A program made the translations under genes and the position numbers. Below, in pieces: positions 24,801 to 37,307 of a DNA stretch of 64,000 nt. Under the pieces are notes generated by a model. That model saw nothing but the letters and a program-made list of their open reading frames with translations, had not been told where the DNA came from and did no database searches. The stretch's first letter is position 1; each line of letters opens with the position of its first letter. The DNA comes from Azolla caroliniana. Taxonomy: Eukaryota; Plantae; Polypodiophyta. Location: the NCBI GenBank assembly GCA_043228905.1, contig JBHGNT010000014.1:4650001-4714000 (forward strand), written 5' to 3'.

Positions 24801-26806
24801 CTTCTGGGCCCGAGCCACAATCAGGCTCCCTTTGCTGAACTTCATGACACCGTTCCGGATGCTACCTGTGTAGCCTTCATCATCTAGCCGACCGGATGAT
24901 ATCATGTTCAGACGAACCTCCGGAACGTGTCGGACATCCTTCAGCAGCAACTTGCATCCTGTTGGTGTTGACAGCCACACGTCTCCTATGCCAACAATTC
25001 AGCATGTACTTTCATTCCCCATCCGGACACAGCCGTGATCACCGGCTGAGTAGGATGAGAAGCATTTCTGGTCTGGGGTAAGGTGGAACGACGCTCCGGA
25101 GTCTACCACCCAGGTCATCTCATCGCCGACAAGGTTTATCTCACTCTCCTCGGGTATGAGCATCAACTCTTCTTCACTTGCCGCGATTGCCGTCGTTCCC
25201 TTCCGGTCCGGCCCCCTCTGGTCTTTACCGTTCTGGTCCGGGGTCCGCTTCGAATCGGTACCGTCGGTCTCCTTATCTTTTCGGAAATGCCGACAGTTCT
25301 TTTGGAAGTGTCCCGGCTTGCCGCAATAGAAGCAAGTAGGCCCCCCCCTTGACTTTGACCGTGTCCCCGACTTCTCCCGGTTCTGGGGACTACGGTTTCT
25401 ATGTCTTCCACGTTTTGATTCGGTAAGGAGCGCTTTGGAGTCGGAGCTCGTATCTTTATCTTTCCGACGTGCCTCCTCATCTAGTAGGCTCGACTTTACT
25501 CTTGCTAGGGATAACCGTTTCCCTTCCGGCCCGGCGTTGCCCAAGGTGACAACCAACGTCTCCCAGCTATCTGAGAGGGAACCGAGTAGGAGTAGTGCTA
25601 GTACCTCATCGGAGAGAGGTACCTCCAATGATGTTGCCTGGTGTATCAGCCCTTGGAAGGCATTCATGTGCTCCGCCATGCTGGAACCGTCTTGGTACCA
25701 GAGTCTTACTAGCTTCCGGAATACCGAAACCTGATTAACAACATTTTTGTTTTGAAACATTATGCCGATCTTCTCCCAGAGCTCATGAGCCTTGCTCTCT
25801 TCATTGAAGTTGTTGTATAGGCTCATGTCGATGAAGCACCGTATGTACACCGTTGTCTTCATGTGCATCACCTCCCATATCGCGGCGTCGATTTTGTCCG
25901 GTCTCTTGTCCCCGAACTGAACCGGCAGCCAGAGGTCTTTAACCACGAGCATGTCCCTCATCTTCGACTTCCACACCGAATAGTTGGAGCCGGTGAGCTT
26001 GAACATGCCACCAAACGATTCGTCCATTTTTTGTGTTGTTATGCTCTGATACCACTTGACAGGAACTAGACGCTCCTTATACGCAACGCTCGGCCACAAC
26101 CGAGCTTAGAATCATACACAAAAAATGGGAAATAAAGCACGACACGAAGAAGAGAGGAGTACGCAGGATGTTTACGTGGAAAACCCAAACTAGGGAAAAA
26201 CCACGGCAACTCACAGGCTGCAAACTATCACTATACTAGAATGTACAACAGTGAGTTCACGGAGGCAACGACCTCATGCTCACGATCTTCGCCACAGGCG
26301 GCGGTTACAACAGAGGCAACGACCTCTTTCTCTCTCTCTCTCTCTTTGTACATAGTTACGCGCTCTCTCACTCCTTACACCAACAAGAATGACAACCACA
26401 CTTACTAGAAGTTTGCCCTAAGTCATATTTATACTAATATGACTTTTCGGCTATTTACAAATATAGCCTCGATGGACTCTGAGAAACATATTTACGAATA
26501 TGTCTCTTCATCCGGTGAGCATTCCTCACCGGGTCTGCACCATCCGGCTCTCCGTAGTCGGGTACTCCTCATCCGGTCTTCACCGAGTCTGCACCATCCG
26601 GCTCTCCGTAGCCGGGTACTCCTCATCCGGTCTTCACCGGGTCTGCAACATCCGGCTCTCCGTAGCCGGGTACTCATCCGGTCTTCACCGGGTCTGCACC
26701 ATCCGGCTCTCCGTAGCCGGGTACTCATCCGGTTTCGGCCTCAGCCGAGTTTGTTCATCCGCACTGTTCTTCTCCATTCCCATCCGGAGGGACCTGTCTC
26801 CCAACA
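21853..26806 (-). mobile_element. Near-complete copia element (decayed ORF) with a deletion removing the RNase H end, PPT and U3 of the 3' LTR
   Basis: TSD TATGA (21848-21852 and 26807-26811). 5' LTR 26057-26806; partial 3' LTR 21853-22193. PBS 26043-26054; gag ATG 26027; pol pieces 22194-24980. Confidence 0.93.
26509..26733. repeat. 51/54-bp tandem array (~4 copies) in LTR U3
   Basis: Unit TCATCCGGTCTTCACCGGGTCTGCACCATCCGGCTCTCCGTAGCCGGGTACTCC. Confidence 0.88.
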
Positions 26807-28182
26807 TATGATGGAATTGATGTTAGGGGCTTTGGCATGGTATCGAGATTACTTGGTGATATGGACGCTGGTAGGGCAACAATATTACTTAGGAGAAGTT
26901 CACCGATATTATCTTGTATCTTGCCTTTATCTTTATCTAGAAAGATTGGCTGCACAATATTCATTGTAATGTTGGATTATCTTGTATCTTGCCTTTGGCT
27001 ACTTTTATCTTAATACTAATGGAGGATAATTTTTATGGAAAGTACTAGATGAGAGATTATTGACATTAATTTAGTATAATTATCAGAAGGTTGAATACAT
27101 GGAAGGTTTATAGGTTGTTTAGATACAAGTGAGATAAATCTTGACTCTGTTACATAGAGTGCTTTAAAAGGAAGATAGATAAAAAGATAGATATGAAAGA
27201 TTTGGTGGAGCTTTAGGAGGAGACCCTTGAGTTTCATTGTAACATCCCAATAAACTACGATCATGTTGCCTCTTAGCATTGTTGGTCTTACATGATCTCT
27301 TGAGACCATTAAAAATTCCAGCAACGTTTGTGCCTTGATCTAAAATCTCCCCCCTTCCAATGAGCCCTCCTCTCCCTTTTTTAGGCCTCAAGAGCACCTC
27401 ATATAGTAATTGTTTTTTATAGTATGCACTTTGCTTTTTCACCTTGCATGCATTCCTTTTTCCTCAAGCGCATTATGCGATCAAAATGTTGATGATAATG
27501 TATTCCATTTGGATTCCACTCATTCATCCCATAGATGTTTGCTTGATCTCTTGTAGTCTCGACGTGACTCAACACCCGACCTTTCAAACATTGGAGTAAG
27601 TTCTTGCCAATTGAACTAAGTTCTTTTGTTGTGTTTAAATTCATCTCATTATCCTTCTTGTTGTACCTTACTCTATCCTTCAATGTTTTATATATGGGTG
27701 AAAGCATGCTACGGTGTACGAAAAAAGTACTATTTTTGGCAAAAACAAACATGTATACTTTTCATATTATTAGTACTAAAAACTAAGAAAAAGAAATTGG
27801 CAAAACAATAAAATTTAGGGAGTGGAGTGGGGGTAGTACAATCTGCATTGAAGACAAGAAATGAGGGGAATTAGTTGTGAGAAGATATTACCATTTTGGG
27901 GGCTACTTTTCCCGCGCATTTAATTTAGTGCTTTTCAAGTTGAATGATTACTTCATTTTGGTAGTTCTTCTTCATCATCATTGGTCATCATTCTCCACCC
28001 AACCGAGCCAAAGTCCATCTCAGATTTTCACCTTATGCATGACCCCTAAACTCGTTACTCATATTTGAATCATAAGACTTAATTGTTTTCCTCGTCGCTC
28101 ATGAAGATAGTTCTCTATCATGAAATTTCTCCTAACCATGTTGCCAGAGTTTCTTCCATTAATCATTTTGATAACTCATATA

Positions 28183-28538
28183 TGTTGGTGGACAGGTCCC
28201 TCCGGATGGGAAGTGAGAAGACCAGTGCCGACGAACAAACTCGGCCAAGGCCGATAGGCCGAGGCCGAAACGGTATGAACCGGATGAGGAGAACCCGACT
28301 TCGGAGAGTCGGATGGTGTAGGCCCGGTATGAACCGGATGAGGAGTACCCGACTGTAGAGAGTCGGATGGTGTAGGCCCGATATGAACCGGATGAGGAGT
28401 GCCCGACTGTAGAGAGTCGGATGGAGCCCATCGAGGCTACATTTGTAAATAGCCGAAAAGTCATATTAGTATAAATATGACTTAGGGCAAACTTTATCTG
28501 TTGTTGTTGGTGCAAGAAGAAATCAGTGCGCGTAACTG

Positions 28539-28570
<32 letters not shown>

Positions 28571-28846
28571 CGAGGTCGTAGCCTCTGTTGTAACCGCCGC
28601 CTGTGGCGAAGATCTGAGACACGAGGTCGTTGCCTCAGTGATCTCACTGTTGTATATTTCTGCATAGTGACAGTTTGCAGCTTGTGGGCTGCCGTGGTTT
28701 TTCCCCTATTTTGGGGTTTTCCACGTATACCTCCTGTGTACCATTTCTCCTCTTTTGTATCTCGTTTCATTACCTGTTTTTCTGTGTATGTAAAGAATCT
28801 CGGTTGTGGCCGAGCGTCGGACATTAGGAACGTCGAGTTCCCAACA
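28183..28846 (+). mobile_element. Copia solo LTR related to 26057-26806, with a 54-bp x ~3 array
   Basis: TGTTGG...CCAACA; TSD ATATA (28178-28182 and 28847-28851). Confidence 0.9.
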
Positions 28847-28871
28847 ATATATGGATATCTATCAACATCCA

Positions 28872-29082
28872 ACCTTCTATCTTAGACTGAGGTTTCTTCA
28901 ATCACTAATCCTCGTATTTCAGATTTGAAGCTTCTTCCAACACAAGTCCTTCTATCTCCAATTTGAGGCTTCTTCCAACATGAATCCTCTTATGTGAGAT
29001 TTGTTTCTGCTTCTTCAAGTAAGAGTTGTCCTATCTCTGATTTGAGGCTTCTTCAAAACATGAGTCCTCCTACCTCAAATTT
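28872..29082. repeat. Degenerate ~39-bp tandem repeat (~5 copies); a separate ~31-bp x3 repeat lies at 29250-29348
   Basis: Recurring ATTTGAGGCTTCTTCCAACA..A.TCC; TCCTTGTCCTATTCAAGCTCAC. Confidence 0.7.
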
Positions 29083-31714
29083 CCATGAATCGTAAGAATG
29101 CAATGATAAAGGATTGTCTTCCTCATGTTCATCTTTCTTCTCATTTTCTCATGTACATTTATTACATCAATTTTCTTCTTCCATTTCATTGAAATGGAAT
29201 ATATGAAATGATGGTTTTCTTGTTTATGAAATGATGGTTGTCTACGTGATTCCTTGTCCTATTCAAGCTCACGTTCTTACTCCTTGTCCTATTTGCAAGC
29301 TCACATTCTTACTCCTTGTCCTATTCAAGGTCACATGCTTATTCCTTGTAAGAATGATTCACAATCATCTTTCAGTATTTCTATGTTTCCATATATAAAA
29401 TGATGCTTTCCCTTTACTATTAAATTGCAAATATCCGAAATGTGTTGATTTATTATGCTTGCAGGTCCATTTGGTAACATTAGTCTACCATTTCTTTGTG
29501 TAATCTGTATTACATTAACTACTTTGACCGGAAACTCTTTTCTATTAATACATATAGTGAGAGTGGTAGTCTTCAATGAGATTTAATTATCATGTTTACT
29601 AATAGACCATATTTGAATCTACGTATCGACAGAGTTAATTTCACCTAGATGTCATTTGCGGAGCTCAGACTAGCGTATACTCTTTTGATGGCGAATCAGG
29701 CAAAGATGGTTGTCACTCACCTTTGAGCCTCACAGTCACTTAATGATTAAAGGATTATTAAGAACAATATCTCTCTCACTTTCTCTCACTCGCTCTCATA
29801 GAGAATAGATGCAAAGATTACCTTTATTACCCCTCTTGCTAAGATGTTTAGCACCAACAAGGAAGAGATATTAGTGTTTCTCTACTAAACACTTCACTAA
29901 CCTTGCTTAGGCTCAAAGGTTACAAGAAGAGAAGAGAGGAAGCTTAAGGTCTTAATCACTAGGGAGATCTCTACAAATGGATGAACCCTTACAAAGACAC
30001 CACAATGTGGTTTATATAGGATTTACATTTGGGGTATGACTCTTTCACACTTGGCTGCCCATTAGCTTCCTTTCCTCTTGGTTTTCTCTTGCCATTTCCT
30101 CTTCGTGGTTCCTTTAGCCATACAATATCCTTGTTGATGCGCTCTTCTTCAAGAATGATCGCGGTGCAATCCAAACTCCTAACATCTTCCCTAACCTAAT
30201 GAGTGCACACTCTCGGGTGCACCATGAGAGGTGAGCTTGGAGCATCGGGGGTGAGGAGGGTGGAATAGGATGCTTCATCGGGGTGTGGGTGGTGGCAGAG
30301 GTGGTGGCGGAGGTGTCGGATGTTGAGGAGGGATAAGCGAATATCCTGCATTTGATCAAGTTGTGTGAAGAATTCTTTATTCGGACTAGTGAGCCACGTG
30401 GATGTGGTGTAGCCGGCGAAGGAAGAGGAGGGTGTCCTACCAAAACTAACGTAGGCTGTAAAAAAAAATCGTGTGTCAATCATTGTTTCAAAATCTCATT
30501 TGTAAACGATGGGGAGGATGTTAACAGGGGTCCAGAGGCCTACGAGTTGTCAACACATTGGGCCTTTATTCAAATCAAAAGTGAGGCCCCACAAAAATTG
30601 ACAACACTGTCGGAAGACGAGGGCCTCAAAAAGGGGGAGTCGAGGAAAACTAATGGAAGTTGTAAAAAAAACGGGTGCTCGCTTGGATATTCCGGTCAAG
30701 GATGTCAAGGTATGTACGTATGAGATGTCTCATGATGCCAGATCATCCTGGTTTCTGTTGGTTCATTGTTAAGAGTCGTGGAAACACTAGCTAGTTAAAG
30801 CATAAGGTGGTGTAATCGTTCCTAAGCTGCCCGAAAACCATGGCAAGGCCATCGTCGTGTGAGGGAAAAAAGGAGGGTTTCACACGTGTCTCTGGGTGAT
30901 GGAGTGCAAACCATTGGCGAAATGATGAATGCTCAAATCACAGGACACAACATAGTGGTTGGATACCAAGGGGCTCGGTCAGTAGGTCAACCACCGGGTA
31001 GTACCATCCCCAAGTCAAAGGGGGGTGGGAGTTCGACCAGGTGGACATCTTATCTCTATAGATATGTGGGTAGAGCAAGCCGTCGACTTGGGTTTCAGTT
31101 GCGACTTTTGGGTAGTAGGCGTAAAGGCGTGTGAGTAGTAATGGAAGATCGTGAAAATCAAACTCCCAAGGGATGGGAGCCGCGGATTGGTTGTCAAGAC
31201 GAGTGTCCCAACCCTCGCCGTGTTACATGTAGTCGTTATATGTAGTCGAGTGCGTCCTAGAGGCCGTGGGAAAGTCGATAATGATCCACTAGGTCTGTAT
31301 AGATCACTGTTGCATTAAACCTAATGCACACCTCATGGAGTAGCGGTGGTGTTGTAAAGACGGGCGGTCGGGGTCCCACTATGGGTTGACAGTTGCCTGT
31401 GGTTAAACAAGATTTTGTGGGTGCAGTGCACGAGTGTGGGCTTCCTTGAAATTCATGAGCTGGTATTCACGAGAAATGTCGAGTTACTAGTCTAACTCTT
31501 GAGTATCCTCCGCGTCAAGCTCGACAAGCCAATTTAACGCCAAGGGTTTGATGTTGAAAATGTTGGTGCAAACTAACCAAAGAAGTCCTAAGAGTGGAAT
31601 ATAGGCATCTTCACTCTTGAGAATGGCACGACCGAGATCACATGTGATGCAGTGTAGATGTACAAAAGTCACGTGAATTTTGGCCACTTGGTTATCATTT
31701 ACCTGCATCATGAC

Positions 31715-33994
31715 ATCACAAGGGTAAGCAAAACATATCATACCGACACTTAAGGGTGTTTGGATGTCTTGCCTATGTGCATGTTGCAAAGGACTAGAGG
31801 GAGAAGCTGGACCCGAAATCTCGGCCATGTATATCTCTCGGGTACGGCGACGATGAATTCGGCTATCAGCAATGGGACTTAGCCGAGAAGAAGGTGATTA
31901 GGAGCCGAGACATCATCTTCATGGAAGAGAAGATGATTGTCGATTGGGAGATTGAGAAAAAGTCTTCAACTACCGAATTGAGCCGAGTTGATACTCAACC
32001 GAATCGAGTAGAAGTCGATTTGATCGAAATCGAATACGAGCTAGCCGACCGATTTAATACTCGGCAAAATCAAGAACCGACTAAAGAACAAAAGGAACAG
32101 GCCGAACAAGGAACCAAATTTGACTCTGCCAAAGAAGTCGAAGAAGACCGTTCGTGCCAAATGGAGGCCAAAGTTATCTCCTAAGAGAAAGAAGCCCCCC
32201 CCCCCCCCCCCCCGATGAGGGGGAGCCAGAAAACTTTGAAGAAGCAAAGAGGGACACCCACAGCCGAAAGTGGTTAAGTGTCATTCAAGAGGAGATGGAT
32301 TCCTTGCATGAGAACCACACATATGAACTGACTGAGTTGGTGAAAGGGAAGAAGGCACTATGGAATAAGTGGGTATACAAATTGAAGCCGGGAGATAGCG
32401 GAAATCCACCCAGATACAAAGCATCGTGAAAGGTTTTTAGTAGAAGAAGGGTGTAGATTTTGATGAAATATTTGCCCCGGTCGTGAAGACGACGTCAATC
32501 CGAATGGTGTTGAGCATAATGGTCAACATGGATCTCAAAGTCGAGCAGGTAGACATCAAGACTGCCTTCCTTCATAGATATTTTCAGGAAGAGATATACA
32601 TGCACCAGTCGGAAGGATTTGAAGAAAAAGGTAAAGAAACGAGTGAGAAAAAGCTAGTATGGGCTGAAGCAAGCACCTAGGCAATGATACTAAACATTTG
32701 AATCTTTCATGGTGGATCATGGTTTCAGCAAGTCACAAGCTGATCATTGTGTCTTTGTCAAAAAGTATGATGGAGGAGATTTTCTCATCCTCTTGTTGTA
32801 TGTTGATGACATGCTGCTTGTCGGACGAGACCCGAGGAAAATCAAAAGCTTGAGAAGGCCTTGAGTAGGTCATTCTCAATAAAGGATATGGGTTCGGCAA
32901 AGCAAATCCTGGGGATGCACATTGTGTGATACAAGACAAAGAAGTTATTGTGGCTGTCATAGGAGAAGTATGTGACAAAATTGCTCCAGAGATTTGGCAT
33001 GGAAAGTGCGAAACTGGACAACCCGACATTGTTGACAAATTGCAAGCTAAGCAAAGATCAATGTCCGAAATCGAAAACCGAGAAGGCCAAGATGTCAAAA
33101 GTCCCTTATGTCTCGGCAATCGGAAGCTTGATGTACGCAATGGTGTACAAGGCCGGACATTGGATATGCAGTCATCGTGGTTAGCCGATATATGAGCAAT
33201 CCCGGAAGAGAGCATTGGGCAATGGTCAAGTGGATACTGCAATACCTAAGAGGCACCTCGAGCATGTCTCCGATTCGGCTCGGGTAACCCCATATTGGAA
33301 GGTTACACGGATTCAGATATGTCAGCTGATGCGGATACCAGCCGATCCAGCAGAATGAGTGCCGACAAAGGGTCGGATTGGTGAAGTACCCCATGCCGAA
33401 GTGAAGGGGGATTTTGTTGGGAAAACATGTCCCTTCGGATGGGAAGAAGAGAATGAACCAAATCAAGGACACATGGGTAATTCAGTCAAGTCCTATCGGC
33501 TGGGGCCAAGATCGAAATTGAAACTCGATTTAATAGCCAATTCAGAAGTACATATTTGTAGATGGTTCAAATGTGCCCTTTGTGGGCTATACTTGTAAAT
33601 AGCCAGAAAATTGTTTTAGTATATAAACAACTAGGGCAAACTTTAAGTATAGTGTAGTTCATTATTGTAGTGACATAGAAGGTTGTTGCCTCTATAACTA
33701 TGTAAGTGAGAGAGAGTGTGAGAGTTAGAGAGTGAGTTTAACTCTATAACCATCTGTTAGACGAAGGAGAACTCAAGGTCGTTGCCTCTAAGTATCTTAT
33801 TGTACTCCCCCTCATAATAGTGATCTAGTTTGGAGTTCGAGGACTCCCGTGCTTTTTCCCTTTTTGGGTTTTCCATGGTAAATCGTGTGTCTCTATACTT
33901 ATTCTTCTTGCCTTCTTGTTTTTCTATTTGTGCACTATCTTTGCACCCGAACTTATGTACGAGTAACTGGTTATGCCCGGTTCTGATCCTAACA
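31715..33994 (+). mobile_element. Decayed copia 3' half (INT, RT, deleted RNase H) with PPT and 3' LTR 33415-33994
   Basis: RSRDIIFME, DEGEPENFEEAK, WVYKLKPG; PPT GAAGGGGGATTT then TGTTGG...TAACA. Confidence 0.82.
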
Positions 33995-35161
33995 ATATGA
34001 GCAATCCCGGAAGAGAGCATTGGGCAACGGTCAAGTGGATACTTTGATACCTGAGAGGCACCTCAAGTGTGTGCCTCCGATTCGGCTCAGGTAACCCCAC
34101 ACTAGAAGGTTATACTAATTTGGACATGTCAGCTAATGTGGATACTAGCCGATCCACGTCCAGATACGTGATGACCTACATAAGGGGAGTTGTCTCGTGG
34201 CAGTCGAGGCTGCAGAAGGCCTTGGCGCTATCGACCACAGAAGCCGAGTATATGGGCGCTGCAAAAGCTGGCAAGGAGATAATATGGATAAAGGAGTTCA
34301 TAGGAGAGTTGGGAATTCGTCAAGAGGAATTCCGACTCCATTGCGCTAACTAGAGTGCCAGGTGCCTTGCGAAAAATGTCGTCTACCACTCGAGGACCAA
34401 ACACATCCACAAGAGATATCATTGGCGCTGAGAGCGAGTAGAAGAAAAGGAGTTTGCTCTTATGAAGACCCACACGGCCAAAAAGGATCGGACATGCCGA
34501 CGAAAGTGTTGTCAGCAAGGAAGCTGAACGAGTGCCGATAGAGGGTCGGATTGGCAAAGTACCCCAATGCCGAAGTGAAAGGGGAGTTTGTTGGAAAAAC
34601 AGGTTCCTCCGGATGGGAAGAAGAGTATGAGCCAAATTGGATGGAACCAATGGGTAATTCGGCTGAGGCCGAGAATCGATTGTATAACCGATTCGAGAAA
34701 CTATATTTGTAAATAGTCTAGATGTGCCCATTGAGGCTATATTTGTAAATAGTCTGCTATGTATATGAGTATATATAAATTTAGGACAAGTAGTTAGATA
34801 TAGTGTGTGAGAATCATTATTGTTAGTTAGTTGAAGAAGGTTGTTGCCTCTGTAACTAGTAGGAGAGAGAGTGTGTGTGTAAGAGTGTGGGTAACTCTAC
34901 AACCGTTGTTTTGACGAAGACGAGCTCGAGGTTATTGCCTCCGAGTCTCCTTGTATTCCTCCCTCATTATTAGTGATTTTGTTTCTTGGGGTTTGTGGAC
35001 CCCCGTGGTTTTTCCCTTTCGAGTTTTCCACGTAAAATATCTGATGTCTTTGTACTTGTTCTTCTTGCCTTCTCATTTTATGTCTATGTACTGTCTATCT
35101 CGATTCTTTGCACCCAAACATTCAGAAGCAAGATCAGTTGTGGCCGGTCACGATCCTTACA
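33995..35161 (+). mobile_element. Second copia 3' end (RNase H, PPT, 3' LTR 34589-35161)
   Basis: VSWQSRLQKALALSTTEAEYM; PPT AAGGGGAGTT; LTR TGTTGG...TTACA. Confidence 0.82.
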
Positions 35162-35164
35162 GGA

Positions 35165-35323
35165 CTGAAGGGGGGGATTGTTGTATAATCCACTAAGAAC
35201 CGGCTCTAAAGGGCTAAGGTTCAACTAAGGGCAGCTAAGAGCCGGTTATCGGGCTAAGGACCGAATGCCAGCTGGGAGCGAGCTAAGGCTAAGTGTCAAT
35301 TCGTTTAGGGACAAATATGTAAA

Positions 35324-35363
<40 letters not shown>
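35165..35363 (+). mobile_element. PPT and start of another LTR, ending in a (GT)n microsatellite (~35327-35366)
   Basis: TGAAGGGGGGGAT followed by TGTTGTA at 35179. Confidence 0.55.
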
Positions 35364-35368
<5 letters not shown>

Positions 35369-35993
35369 GAAACATGGTCGTTAGATGCAGAACAAGAACA
35401 ACACTTGTCAAGTGAAGAACACCCTATTGACATGGATATAAAGGTGAGAATAGATTTAAGATAAAGTAGGCAATTGAATCAGGAATCAAGAACAAGAAGG
35501 ACATCAAGAAGAGTAGGAGACAACAATAGGCACAGTATAGTGTAATTGTATTATTACTCTCTGAAAGTTACAATCGCATAGTACAACAATGAATAACAAC
35601 AACTAGGTTACAAAAGTCAGTTTAAATACTAACTGCCTTAGGGCAACTGCCCTTTCCACTATTTACAGAAATAGCCTAAACCTAGTTTGTCCAATGGGAC
35701 AGTGTGAATACGTCCATTATTTTCCCGTATTCGACACTCCCTCATAATGGGTGTATACAACCAAAAGCTTTAATAATAATAAAAGGTTGTTAGACAAGTC
35801 GGCTTTTGTCCAAATAAAAAGGCAGGATTGGTCAAAGCCGAAAGAATTGAAGCGAAATCTCCTAATGTCAATACCGATTGCCCAAAACCATCCTCAATAT
35901 CTGACTCAATCAGATTGATTTTAACGCCCATTTGGTGTCTAAGAGACCGGAAACGATCTGCTAAAAGACACTTGGTCATCCCATCTGCAACAT

Positions 35994-36205
35994 TATCAGA
36001 TAGGTTTAGGGTTAATGATGAAGATCTTGAAATGGTGATGACATTCAGAATCATTGCAGGGTTCTTGGCGAGATTGATAAGCATTGCGAGGTGGGGGGTG
36101 GTGCCTAGAATGGATCCACCCCCCCCTCCCAAGGGGATTCAACCTAAGGGGGAGAGGGAGAGAGAGAGAGAGAGATATCACAAGAGAGAGATAATAAAGA
36201 GATAA
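35994..36205. mobile_element. LTR fragment related to solo LTR 57912-58370, followed by a CT-rich tract (36205-36500)
   Basis: Shared GGTTTAGGGTTAATG and GGGGGTGGTGCCTAGAATGG.TCCACCCCC motifs. Confidence 0.6.
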
Positions 36206-37307
36206 CTTCCTTCTTCCTATTCGTTTGTTCTTCTCCTACTTTCACATGCTTGCCTTCCTTCTCTCTCTTGTGGTTCTTCTTCTTGTTCTTGGGTTTCTAT
36301 CTATCCTCTTCCATGCTCCTTTCTGTGTTGTTCATGTTTTCTTCCTGTGTGTTTTCTTTCTTCTCTTCATCTCCTTCTTTTTCTCTATTCATCTATTGCT
36401 ACTTCTCCTTCCCCTTCCTCTTATTCTTATTTTCTGATTTGCTTCATCTTTCTCTTATTTTTATCTTCCTCCTCTTTTCTCTTTCTTCTTCCTTCTTCTG
36501 CCACTGCGATGCCCATTGTCCGTAGTTGTTGGTCTCTATTTTCGTCTGTCTGGTTCAGTCGTTGCCTTGGCCTTAGTTGCCTATGTGGCCGCCTCCATCC
36601 GCGGTCATCTCCATCCACTAGTCGCATCTCCCTTCGATTAGTTGGTGTCTTTCTCCGTTTTGCTGCCTCTTCTTTTTTCCGGCCGCCACCGCTCCATCAT
36701 CATTCTTCAATCATCGATCACCGGTAACCTGCCTGTCCATCAATGTCCATCACCTTGCCACCATCATCAGTCAGTGTCGTTGTCGTCATCTTCCGGCCGT
36801 GCGTCCGGTCAGTCGGCCTGGTCGTCTTCAGCTTCTGGTTGTTGTTCCGGATTCCCCTCTTGTGCCGGTGGTGTCAGCATGTCTTTTCCGACTCTAGTAT
36901 CTTCCTCCGGCTTGTTTGGAGTTTCGTGACTAGATTTATAATTGGAGTGGATGCTCCGTTCGATGTTCGACTCTGACTCGAATGCTGAGAACTGAGTCTC
37001 CAACGCCTATTGCGAGCGTCTGCAATAGCGACTCGACTTCGAGTAGACTGGTGAGGCTGCTTCCTTCGTCTAATTTTCATTGGTTTTGTAACCGTATTGT
37101 TTCCTCTGTGACCCACTAGAGCACTCTGGGAAAAGATCGATCCTGCCGGATCTCTCCAGCCGCTTGTAGGTACTCTTCCCACCTCCGCAGTCGTTCGGCT
37201 AATCTTCTTGCTCGCTCGGCCACTGGGTCATTCGTCTGCCTTGACATGCATTACCCGTTGTCCATTGCTCTATGCAGGAATTGTGGTCGCCAAAACTGTG
37301 TTTATCC

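Noticed and set aside
36225-36525. Hydrophobic F/L/S-rich membrane-protein ORFs
   Set aside because: Translation of a CT-rich low-complexity tract
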